64,000 bases of DNA, from positions 1,582-65,581 of the forward strand of contig CAMCSM010000004.1 of NCBI GenBank assembly GCA_945877805.1, given 5' to 3'. The notes under the pieces are model-generated. The model ran no database searches, was not told the DNA's origin, and was given only the letters and a program-made list of their open reading frames with translations. Each line of letters begins with the position of its first letter. The first letter of the stretch is position 1. Below, piece by piece: positions 19,666 through 27,932 of this stretch. Source of the DNA: Methylacidiphilum caldifontis. Its GTDB lineage: Bacteria; Verrucomicrobiota; Verrucomicrobiia; Methylacidiphilales; CAMAQI01. The translations under genes were made by a program, and so were the position numbers.

Positions 19666-20756
19666 AAGCTCTTCGTGTTGCGATTGCTTGTGGGGGAACG
19701 GGGGGGCATTTATTTCCGGGGATTGCGATTGCGCAAACGCTGCATCAACGTGGACATGAGGTCATGCTTTTAGTCTCTGCAAAACAGATTGATGCCGTGG
19801 CCCTGAAGGACTATCCAGAATTTCGAGCCGAGGTTATTCCGGGAATGGGATGGACCGGAATCAATCCACAAGCGATCCGATTTCTTTATAAAATTCTACA
19901 GGCCAGAGGGGTCTGCCGCGGGTTATTTAAAAGCTTTAAACCGGATGCAGTTCTGGGGATGGGAGGCTTTACGAGCGCCGTTCCCTTGCTGGTCGGAAGA
20001 CGGATGAAAAAGGCAACCTATCTTCATGAATCGAATGCCATTCCGGGCCGTGTCACAAAGCTTCTTGCTAAACAGGTCTCTCGGGTATTTCTCGGTTTTG
20101 ATGCCTGTGACTCTTACTTAGAAGAGGCCAATACTGTGGTGACCGGAACTCCTTTGAGAAAAGATCTCATCAAAATTCATCGTGACGAGGCCTTGGCTCA
20201 GCTCGGACTGAATCCCCATTTAAAAACTATTTTAGTGATGGGGGGAAGCCAAGGAGCCCGCGGAGTCAATGAAATGGTTTTGAAGTCGATCCCCCTTTGG
20301 GAACGGGAAAAAGATCAGTGGCAATTCATTCATCTTACGGGAGAGATGGATGCGACGATTGTCGATATTAACTATCGTCGCTGTCGTTTAAATGCCTATG
20401 TCAAAGCCTTTTCAACGAATATGGGGCTCTTATTAAGTGCCTCGGATTTAGTGATCAGCCGCTCCGGAGCGAGCAGTTTAACCGAGATTTCAGCTTTTGG
20501 ATTGCCGAGTATCTTAATTCCTTTTCCTGCGGCGATCGATGATCATCAGACCTTAAATGCTCGGGTTTTCTCGATGGTCGGAGCGGCTTACTTAGAGCCT
20601 CAATCGAAGCTCACTCCCCAAGGATTAGATCAAAAAGTATCGGAAATTTTACATCAAAGCGAGCATCTGGAATCGATGAAAGTTGCGGCGCATTCGCTCT
20701 TTGTCCCTGATGCGGCAGAGCGGATTGCCCTTGAAATCGAGAGGGGGGCCGCATGA
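19662..20756 (+). CDS. murG: UDP-GlcNAc:lipid I GlcNAc transferase
   Basis: GGTGGHLFPGIAIA N-terminal motif and the C-terminal GGSQGA...SRSGASSLTE pattern. Confidence 0.9.
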   Translation: MKALRVAIACGGTGGHLFPGIAIAQTLHQRGHEVMLLVSAKQIDAVALKDYPEFRAEVIPGMGWTGINPQAIRFLYKILQARGVCRGLFKSFKPDAVLGMGGFTSAVPLLVGRRMKKATYLHESNAIPGRVTKLLAKQVSRVFLGFDACDSYLEEANTVVTGTPLRKDLIKIHRDEALAQLGLNPHLKTILVMGGSQGARGVNEMVLKSIPLWEREKDQWQFIHLTGEMDATIVDINYRRCRLNAYVKAFSTNMGLLLSASDLVISRSGASSLTEISAFGLPSILIPFPAAIDDHQTLNARVFSMVGAAYLEPQSKLTPQGLDQKVSEILHQSEHLESMKVAAHSLFVPDAAERIALEIERGAA

Positions 20757-23035
20757 CCACGATTCGTGAGATTCTCGCTTTGGGGCAGGCACGGATTCAT
20801 CTCTTAGGAGTTGCGGGGAGTGGGATGAGTGGGCTTGCGCGGATCCTGCTTCAGATGGGGTACCAAGTTTCCGGCTCCGATCTTCAACGTTCCCGTGGAA
20901 TCGAAAAGTTAATTGATATGGGATTAAAGTTTTCTCAAGGACATGAGAAAGATGAACTCGATTCCGTGAATCTTGTGGTCTATTCCTCTGCGATTCGAGA
21001 GGATAACCCCGTTCGTCGTCAAGCGGGCGAGCGAGCGATTGCGTGCGTTCGGCGTGCTGCATGTCTAGCGGTTTTATCGGAGCAAAAGCAACCGTTAGTC
21101 GTTGCGGGAATGCATGGAAAAACAACGACCTCCTCGATGCTTGCTTATGTTTTGCGTTCTGCGGGATGGCGTTGCGCTCATTATATTGGCGCTGAAATTC
21201 CGATTCTCGGGGAAAGTGCTTCGATTGATGATGGAGAGCATTTTGTGATTGAGGCGGATGAAAGCGATGGGACGATCACGCTCTTTAAACCAAAGCATTC
21301 GTTACTCCTGAATATTGAAGAGGAGCATCTCGATCATTACGGGAATTTAGAGGCGATTTTGAAAACATTTCGGGAGTTCATTTCGAATACCACGGGAAAA
21401 GTCGTTTATTGTGCCGATGATAAAAATACCTTATTGCTGTGTTCACATCATCCGACGGCTGTCAGTTACGGCTTTGGAAGTCAGTCGGATTACCGGGCGA
21501 TCGAGGTCCGTAGTCAAAATTTCTCCTCGCAATTTCAAATTCAAAATCGCGGACAAATTTTAGGAACCATTGTTCTTCAAATTCCCGGAATGCAAAATAT
21601 CAGCAATGCCCTCGGGGTAGTTGCGCTTGCGACGGAGCTGGGGGTTCCTTTCGATTCCATTACCCAGGCGCTCCAGGAGTTTCGAGGGGCGACTCGACGA
21701 TTTGAAGTCAAGTTTAGGAATCCAGAGTTTATGATCGTTGATGATTACGCCCATCATCCGACAGAGATTAAAGCGACCCTCGCTGCGGCAAAGGCCGGAG
21801 GATGGAATCGTGTGATCGCTTTATTTCAGCCGCATCGTTACACACGAACACAGCTTTTATTTGATGAATTCGTGAACGCCTTTCAAGATGCTGATTTAGT
21901 TTTTATTACCGATATCTATGCTGCGAGCGAAGTTCCGATTGAGAACGTCAACGGAAAAGGTTTGGCAGAGGCAATTTCAAAATTAGGAAAGGCAGAAAAA
22001 GTAGCGTTTGAGTCGAATCTTCAAACATTACGGAAACGGGTTTCGCGTGAGATGCAACCGGGAGATCTTCTGTTAACGCTCGGAGCAGGAAACATCCATC
22101 AAGTGGCTCTCTCCCTCGCTCAAGAGTTAAATTGGTTTAGCGAGATGAGGAAGCTCATCAGCTCCGATTCTAGATTGCTGCGTCAAGAGCCGATGAGCAA
22201 GCATACTTCCATGAGAATTGGCGGTCCGGCACAGTTTTGGTTTGAACCGGCGAATGAGCCGGATCTTGTTTCCGTTGTTCGTTATGCCTATGAGCATTCG
22301 ATTCCCTTAATGGTCATTGGGCGGGGGTCAAATCTTCTTGTTCGTGATGGCGGGATCTCGGGAATTTGTGTTCATTTAGGTCACCCTTATTTTAGCGAAA
22401 TCAAAGTTGAAGGAGAGAATTTGAGAGTGGGTGCCGGGGCTCGGTTAAAGGCGATTACCACAGAGGCGCGTCGTGCTCAGATCGGGGGACTGGAGTATCT
22501 TGAGGGAATTCCCGGGAATCTTGGCGGGGCCCTTCGGATGAATGCCGGAGCGATGCAGGGATGGACTTTGGATAATATTGTTGAGGTAAAGATGCTCGAT
22601 CTCCAAGGGAATTGGCATCATCAGTCACGTCAAGAGATCGAAGTGGCCTATCGCTCTGTTCCGCTATTTAAAACCCATATTGCGGTGAGTGCTTTGGTGA
22701 GTGGAAAGGGGTCGACCTCAGAAGCAATTGAGGAACGATTAAAGCAGTTTAGCACCAAACGATGGGATTCTCAACCAGCTGCCCCGAGTGCCGGCTGCAT
22801 TTTTAAAAATCCAGCGGAATCGCCGGCGGGGAAAATTGTCGATGAACTCGGATTAAAAAATCGGCATGTGGGTAAGGCACGAGTTTCAGAGGTTCATGGA
22901 AATTTTATCGTCAATGATGGGGGGGCCACAGCTTGCGAAGTTCTTCAGTTAATTTCTGAAATTCAGGCAACGGTTAAATCCCAACGTCAGATTCAATTAG
23001 AAACAGAGGTTGTCATTTTGGGAGAGGATTTATGA
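20753..23035 (+). CDS. murC: Fused UDP-MurNAc:L-Ala ligase (MurC, N-terminal) and UDP-N-acetylenolpyruvoylglucosamine reductase (MurB, C-terminal)
   Basis: Single 760-aa frame. Residues 1 to about 465 carry MurC motifs (GVAGSGMSGLA, GMHGKTTTSSM, DDYAHHPTEI). Residues from about 475 carry MurB motifs (HTSMRIGGPA, IGRGSNLLVRDGG, GCIFKNP). Confidence 0.9.
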   Translation: MTTIREILALGQARIHLLGVAGSGMSGLARILLQMGYQVSGSDLQRSRGIEKLIDMGLKFSQGHEKDELDSVNLVVYSSAIREDNPVRRQAGERAIACVRRAACLAVLSEQKQPLVVAGMHGKTTTSSMLAYVLRSAGWRCAHYIGAEIPILGESASIDDGEHFVIEADESDGTITLFKPKHSLLLNIEEEHLDHYGNLEAILKTFREFISNTTGKVVYCADDKNTLLLCSHHPTAVSYGFGSQSDYRAIEVRSQNFSSQFQIQNRGQILGTIVLQIPGMQNISNALGVVALATELGVPFDSITQALQEFRGATRRFEVKFRNPEFMIVDDYAHHPTEIKATLAAAKAGGWNRVIALFQPHRYTRTQLLFDEFVNAFQDADLVFITDIYAASEVPIENVNGKGLAEAISKLGKAEKVAFESNLQTLRKRVSREMQPGDLLLTLGAGNIHQVALSLAQELNWFSEMRKLISSDSRLLRQEPMSKHTSMRIGGPAQFWFEPANEPDLVSVVRYAYEHSIPLMVIGRGSNLLVRDGGISGICVHLGHPYFSEIKVEGENLRVGAGARLKAITTEARRAQIGGLEYLEGIPGNLGGALRMNAGAMQGWTLDNIVEVKMLDLQGNWHHQSRQEIEVAYRSVPLFKTHIAVSALVSGKGSTSEAIEERLKQFSTKRWDSQPAAPSAGCIFKNPAESPAGKIVDELGLKNRHVGKARVSEVHGNFIVNDGGATACEVLQLISEIQATVKSQRQIQLETEVVILGEDL

Positions 23036-23934
23036 GTTTGAAAAAAATCGCCGTATTTAAAGGGGGTCCTTCTAAAGAGCGTGAGGTTTCATTGCGGACC
23101 GGGAGCGCTATTGCGGAGGCCTTGCGTACGAAGGGATATGAGGTTGAAGAGGTTGATATCACGGGGCCTGATTTTAAGATTCCTGAAGCGACCGAATTTA
23201 TTTTTATTGCTCTGCATGGAACGTTCGGTGAAGACGGGCAGATTCAACGGCTTTTAGATCAACGAGGGATTCGTTATACCGGCTGTGGAGCCCATGCAAG
23301 TGCCTTGGCCTTTGATAAAGAAAAAAGTAAAGAGTGCTTCAAGATTTACCAAGTGCCGACGCCTGCAGGAGAGTCTTTAAGAGAGGGAGAAAAGACCACG
23401 CTTAATGTCCCATTAGTTTTCAAGCCTGCGTGTGAAGGATCCAGTATTGGATTAGAGATGGTTCATCGTGTCGAGGATATTGAGCCAGCCTTTCGTCGCG
23501 CCTGTCAGCATGGAACGATCATCCTTGCGGAAAAAATGATCCAAGGACGGGAGTTAACCGTGGGGATTTTAGAAGGAGAAGCCCTTCCGGTTGTTGAGAT
23601 TCGACCAAAGACAGGAACCTACGATTATCAAACCAAATATACCGCTGGCTCTTCCGAATATAGTTGCCCTGCCGCTCTTTCAGAAAAGACAACAAAGGCA
23701 GTTCAAGAGTCGGCGCGTAAAGCCTATGAGGCACTGGGGTGTGAGGTTTATGCCCGAGTCGATGTTTTAATTGATGCAGAGGAGAATCCTTGGGTGCTCG
23801 AAGTGAATACGATTCCGGGGATGACCTCGACAAGCCTTCTTCCGAAAGCAGCCAAAGCGGCGGGAATGGAATTTCCTGAATTATGCGAAAAGATTCTTTT
23901 ATTTAGCGAACAAAAATATCGGAGAAATCTATGA
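23032..23934 (+). CDS. ddl: D-alanine-D-alanine ligase
   Basis: ATP-grasp fold with HGTFGEDGQIQ, SSIG and ARVDV...EVNTIPGMT motifs. Confidence 0.9.
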   Translation: MSLKKIAVFKGGPSKEREVSLRTGSAIAEALRTKGYEVEEVDITGPDFKIPEATEFIFIALHGTFGEDGQIQRLLDQRGIRYTGCGAHASALAFDKEKSKECFKIYQVPTPAGESLREGEKTTLNVPLVFKPACEGSSIGLEMVHRVEDIEPAFRRACQHGTIILAEKMIQGRELTVGILEGEALPVVEIRPKTGTYDYQTKYTAGSSEYSCPAALSEKTTKAVQESARKAYEALGCEVYARVDVLIDAEENPWVLEVNTIPGMTSTSLLPKAAKAAGMEFPELCEKILLFSEQKYRRNL

Positions 23935-24797
23935 AAAGAACCCTTTTTGAAACCCCTAAACGTCGAGATGTTCATACCCTTTATTCAGAAACAAAAAAAA
24001 TGCACTTTCAGAAAAAGTTGCGTCAAGGATCGATCTGGGTTGTCGCTGCCATTCTCGTATTTGCTGTTTTGGGATGGCTGACGCATTGGGGGGTTCAAAA
24101 AGTGGTTCGTCATTTTGTGATGGATAACCCCCGGTATAATTTGACGGAAATTGAGGTCGAGCTTCAAGGATCACTCCAAAAACGAGATATTATTCGAGCC
24201 GCCAAAATTGAAACCGGCATGGGGCTCATGAAGATCGATCTTCGGCAAGTGCAATTGGATATCGAAAAGATGCCCTATGTCTCTGAAGCTCGAGTCATTC
24301 GACATCTCCCCAATAAGATCATGATAAGTGTTAAAGAGCGAGTTCCGATGGTTCGTTGGACCTATGCCGGAACCTCCACGCATATGAGAGAGGTTTTTAC
24401 GATTGACCGTGATGGCGTGCTGATTCGCTCGCGCTCCAATGAGCAGCAAAATCTTCCTGAGATTATCGGATTTAAATTATCGGATCCTGAGCCGGGCCAA
24501 AAGATTGAAAACAGAGAGGTTTTGGCCGCCGTTCAACTTCTTAAATATTTAGAGCGCACCGCACTCCGAGGGCTGATGAGTGTCCGATCAATCGATGTTT
24601 CTGCTCCCTATTGTTTACATGTTGTTTCAGGAGAGGGAATGGTCGCTCAATTTCGAACAACGGTGATTGATCAACAGTTAGAACGACTTGCCAAAGTCAT
24701 TGAGATTTCACGACAAAAAGAGAACCCCATTGCAACGATCGATCTGACCTTAGATCGAAATGTTCCCGTCACATTCATCAATCGCGGAGAAATTTAA
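23931..24797 (+). CDS. ftsQ: Cell-division protein FtsQ
   Basis: N-terminal TM helix followed by a POTRA-like region (YNLTEIEV...G). It occupies the ddl-ftsA position. Confidence 0.75.
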   Translation: MKRTLFETPKRRDVHTLYSETKKMHFQKKLRQGSIWVVAAILVFAVLGWLTHWGVQKVVRHFVMDNPRYNLTEIEVELQGSLQKRDIIRAAKIETGMGLMKIDLRQVQLDIEKMPYVSEARVIRHLPNKIMISVKERVPMVRWTYAGTSTHMREVFTIDRDGVLIRSRSNEQQNLPEIIGFKLSDPEPGQKIENREVLAAVQLLKYLERTALRGLMSVRSIDVSAPYCLHVVSGEGMVAQFRTTVIDQQLERLAKVIEISRQKENPIATIDLTLDRNVPVTFINRGEI

Positions 24798-24821
24798 ATA
24801 GAGTCGAAAAAGGAGGGCATT

Positions 24822-26051
24822 ATGTTCTGGAAAAAAGAGAGAAATATCGTAGTCGCAGCAGAAATTGGAAGTTGTAAGGTCGCGGTGGCGGTCTCAGAAC
24901 TTCGTGAAGATGGATCGCTGTTTTTAATGGCGGTCGGGGAAGCCCCTTCAGGAAAGGTTCGTAAATGTGAGATCACCGACTTTCAAACTTCTCAAGATTG
25001 TCTCAAGGATGCACTTCGTGATGCTGAAGAGAAAACCGATGTTGCCATTCAAGAGCTCTATCTCGCGCTCAGTGGGGCGCATATTCGCTCCGTGAATACG
25101 CGCGTTTCGACTTCGATCGATAATGAGGGTGATGAAGTTCGCGAGTTCGATATCGAAGTCCTTCGTCAAAAGGCTCAAGATTACGCGGCCCCGGCAGAGG
25201 CGGTTTTACTTCATGATTTACTGCGTCATTACTATCTCGACGATGGATCAACGGTTCCCAACCCGGTAGGGATCTCTTCAAAGAAAGTCTTTGCCGATTA
25301 TCATCTCGTTTATGGAATGGCGACTCGACTCCAAACCACCTTGCGTTGTGTGAAAGATCTTTCGATTGATGTTCCGGGCTATGCCCTGAGCTCTTATGCA
25401 ACCGCTCAATCGGTTTTAACGCATGCGCAGAAGCAGGTGGGTTCAATCGTCATTAACTGTGGTGGGGGAGTCACGGACTACATTGCCTACGAACGCGGGG
25501 CAGTGGTTCATACCGGGGTCTTAGGAGTGGGGGGAGAGCATCTGACCAGCGATCTCTCGATTGGTCTTAAAATCTCTTTTGCAAAAGCGGAGGAGCTCAA
25601 GCGTAAGGAAGGCTCTGTTTATTTTGATCCTTCTTTAGAAAATGAAATTGCGATTCGCGATTTGAATTTTAGTGATCGGCATATCTATCGGGAGTCGATG
25701 GTGACGATCTTGGGGGCACGACAAGAGGAGATGTTTAAAATTATCCTTGAAGAGCTATCGGAGCAGGCATTCTGGTCAGAGTTTAGTGGGACCATTTATT
25801 TAACAGGGGGCGCCTCACAAATGAGAGGCCTGCTCGATTTGGCCCGAGAAATTTTTTCACATCCCGTAGAAATGGCAAAACAGAAGCCGATGGAGGGAGA
25901 TCAATCTTATTTAAACCGCCCTGATCTCGCAACGGTATTTGGGCTGCTGCAATATGCCCGTTCAGATCAAATGTATAATCCTCCCGTTCGCGGTTGGAAT
26001 CGAATGCAGCAATCGTTTCGAAAAGTTCTCAGTGTTCTTAAACTTTTGTAA
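24822..26051 (+). CDS. ftsA: Cell-division protein FtsA
   Basis: Actin/HSP70-fold motifs (VAAEIGSCKV, INCGGGVTDY, YLTGGASQMRGL) and a C-terminal amphipathic tail. It lies immediately upstream of ftsZ. Confidence 0.9.
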   Translation: MFWKKERNIVVAAEIGSCKVAVAVSELREDGSLFLMAVGEAPSGKVRKCEITDFQTSQDCLKDALRDAEEKTDVAIQELYLALSGAHIRSVNTRVSTSIDNEGDEVREFDIEVLRQKAQDYAAPAEAVLLHDLLRHYYLDDGSTVPNPVGISSKKVFADYHLVYGMATRLQTTLRCVKDLSIDVPGYALSSYATAQSVLTHAQKQVGSIVINCGGGVTDYIAYERGAVVHTGVLGVGGEHLTSDLSIGLKISFAKAEELKRKEGSVYFDPSLENEIAIRDLNFSDRHIYRESMVTILGARQEEMFKIILEELSEQAFWSEFSGTIYLTGGASQMRGLLDLAREIFSHPVEMAKQKPMEGDQSYLNRPDLATVFGLLQYARSDQMYNPPVRGWNRMQQSFRKVLSVLKLL

Positions 26052-26069
26052 GTGAAAAAAGGAGCCCCT

Positions 26070-27485
26070 ATGATCGACCTATGTGGAAAACATGATAAAG
26101 ATAATAAGAGAGCAAATGCCAAAGCCCGTTTTCGCGTTTTGGGATTAGGGCGTGGTGGAATTTCAGTTTTAGATCGATTGGTTCTCGGGGGACTCGATCA
26201 TTTGGATATGGTCGCTCTTGATACCGATGAGCAAACTTTATTAACGACCGTCCTTCAACGGCGGCTTTTGTTAGGGGAAAAAATTGCTGGGGGATTAGGT
26301 TGTTGGGGGGATGCGCAGCGGGGATATGAAATTGCTCAAGCAGAACAAGAGTCTTTAAAGCTGATTTTGGATGATTGCGATTACCTTTTAATTTCAGTTA
26401 GCTTTGGCGGTGGGACGGGGGGAGGAATTCTTCCTAAGATCCTCGAAATGGCCCAAGCGGAAAGAGTTCAGACCGTAGTCTTTGGGACCCTGCCTTACGC
26501 TTGCGAAGGAGAGAATCGTGTGGCCCTTTCGCTTGAGCAACTCCACCAGGCCCGAAATTTTGCGGATTGTGTTTTGACCTCATCTCATGAGCGACTGACT
26601 CCTTATTTTACTCGAGAGGCCAATCATCGCAAGGGGTATGAGTGGATGCACCAAATTGAGTCAAAGGTCATTTATAGTATTTTGATGCTCCTTGAGCAGC
26701 CAGGGCTTTTTCCGTTAAGTTTTGCGGACTTGAGAAGCTTATATGGAAGACTTCAAGGAAGTCTGAATAGCGAAAACTGTCTCATCGGTTATGCCGAAGG
26801 AACTCTTGGCGTTGAAAATGAGGCGTTACTCGACGATCTTTTAGAGGGACCTCTTTTAGCTGGAGAAGATGTTTGGCGAGAAATGGATCATGCCCTTCTT
26901 TCGGTGAGCGGAGGAAAAGAGCTCTCGGTTCTTGAAATTCAAGAGATTATGAGTCAAATTCAAAATCGTTTTGGCCGACCGCTTCCGGTTGCGGTCAGTG
27001 CGCATTTTGAAGGCCCTCAAGATGGTAAAATTCGTTTAACGTTGATGTTGGCAAAAACTGTTGAAACCGAAATTCCAGCACTGGTTCAAGAGCGGAAGCC
27101 GTCGATTTCGATTCCAGAAAAACGAGAGGTTGTATCGGCTCGAAGTGAAGAGTTTGAGCCCGTGATCATTCTTGAAATGCCAGAACAATTTGATGAGGCC
27201 CCTCCTTTCGTTCATTCCCCTCAGGTGCCGGTCCAAGCCGAACTCGGTCAATCGATCTCTATCGCAGAGGAATTAACCACTCCCGATTTTGCCTTTGAGA
27301 TGGGGGAAGTGCCAGAGGCTGCTGGAAAGAGTCGAAAGTCGAAGCCGAGAAAGGTCAAGCAAGAGGAGCTTTCCTTAGAGACTCCGAACCGTGGACGATT
27401 TGAGAAGGCCTCCGAAACCTTTTGGAAAGGGGAGAATCTCGATCAACCGACCTTCAAACGACGCTGCTTGTACGTTCGACTCTAA
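26070..27485 (+). CDS. ftsZ: FtsZ, divergent in its GTP-contact loops
   Basis: The ATG at 26070 lies 4 nt after AAGGAG. Tubulin/FtsZ signature GGGTGGG, LDTDEQTL (NTDAQAL-like), LPYACEGENR (KPFxFEG-like), SFADLRSL, and a C-terminal NLDQPTFKRR peptide resembling the FtsA-binding tail. Confidence 0.85.
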   Translation: MIDLCGKHDKDNKRANAKARFRVLGLGRGGISVLDRLVLGGLDHLDMVALDTDEQTLLTTVLQRRLLLGEKIAGGLGCWGDAQRGYEIAQAEQESLKLILDDCDYLLISVSFGGGTGGGILPKILEMAQAERVQTVVFGTLPYACEGENRVALSLEQLHQARNFADCVLTSSHERLTPYFTREANHRKGYEWMHQIESKVIYSILMLLEQPGLFPLSFADLRSLYGRLQGSLNSENCLIGYAEGTLGVENEALLDDLLEGPLLAGEDVWREMDHALLSVSGGKELSVLEIQEIMSQIQNRFGRPLPVAVSAHFEGPQDGKIRLTLMLAKTVETEIPALVQERKPSISIPEKREVVSARSEEFEPVIILEMPEQFDEAPPFVHSPQVPVQAELGQSISIAEELTTPDFAFEMGEVPEAAGKSRKSKPRKVKQEELSLETPNRGRFEKASETFWKGENLDQPTFKRRCLYVRL

Positions 27486-27509
27486 TTCCATTTCTTGGAT
27501 TGGACTAAA

Positions 27510-27657
27510 CCTAGATTCGGCAGTTGAAATGGAGGGGCAGTGGCTCACTGCCTTCCCCGTAGCCCGAGGCACAGGGCCTGTGCCCCTCCAAATAGGACTC
27601 ACCCTTTGGGTGAAGGCTAATGGAGAGGTAAATGTGACTTCAACTGCCGAATTTAGG
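27510..27657. repeat. 148-bp element with 19-bp terminal inverted repeats that carries the 59-nt two-hairpin module M2
   Basis: The TIRs cctagattcggcagttgaa (27510-27528) and ttcaactgccgaatttagg (27639-27657) are complementary at 18/19 positions. M2 lies at 27531-27589. A second, inverted M2 copy is at 56391-56449. Confidence 0.85.
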
Positions 27658-27665
27658 CTAAATCT

Positions 27666-27710
27666 AAAAACAATGAATTTAGCCACAGAGAACGCAAAGA
27701 ACTCAAAAAT
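27666..27710 (+). repeat. Module M1 (aaaaacaRtgaatttagccacagagaacgcaRagaactcaaaaat)
   Basis: Near-identical to 44414-44459 on the same strand and to 2773-2817 on the opposite strand. Confidence 0.85.
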
Positions 27711-27932
27711 TTTGGTTCCTTCCCGTTTGAAAGGGAAAGGGATAATTGCGGAAAAATTGCACGTTCACCTTTTGTGGTTAAATGGATTACCGCTAGGTTA
27801 ATAAGTTACAGAGCGTGTCACGGACTGCACTAGGCACATTCAGTAGGGTAAACTTTTTATTTATATCGCTCGTTTTTATTTAACCGATCGTCTATTTTTA
27901 ATTTTGCTCGATCTGATTAGTTTCTTGTGTTT

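Noticed and set aside
20649-21125. Long antisense or alternative-frame ORFs inside well-supported genes (for example 20649..21125, 27942..28442, 28986..29513, 57217..57660, 62160..62630, 63450..63947, 37006..37425, 4370..4738)
   Set aside because: Each lies entirely within, and opposite to or out of frame with, a gene that has strong family motifs. Their sequences are low-complexity (Ser/Arg/Pro-rich), typical of shadow ORFs.
27391-27801. 136-aa plus-strand ORF (and the 27375..27686 minus-strand ORF) downstream of ftsZ
   Set aside because: Both run straight through the M2, TIR and M1 repeat modules. Their 'protein' text (GTGPVPLQ, GKAVSHCPS) is the translation of palindromic repeats that recur at 56391-56449 in the opposite orientation. 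There is no RBS or domain.
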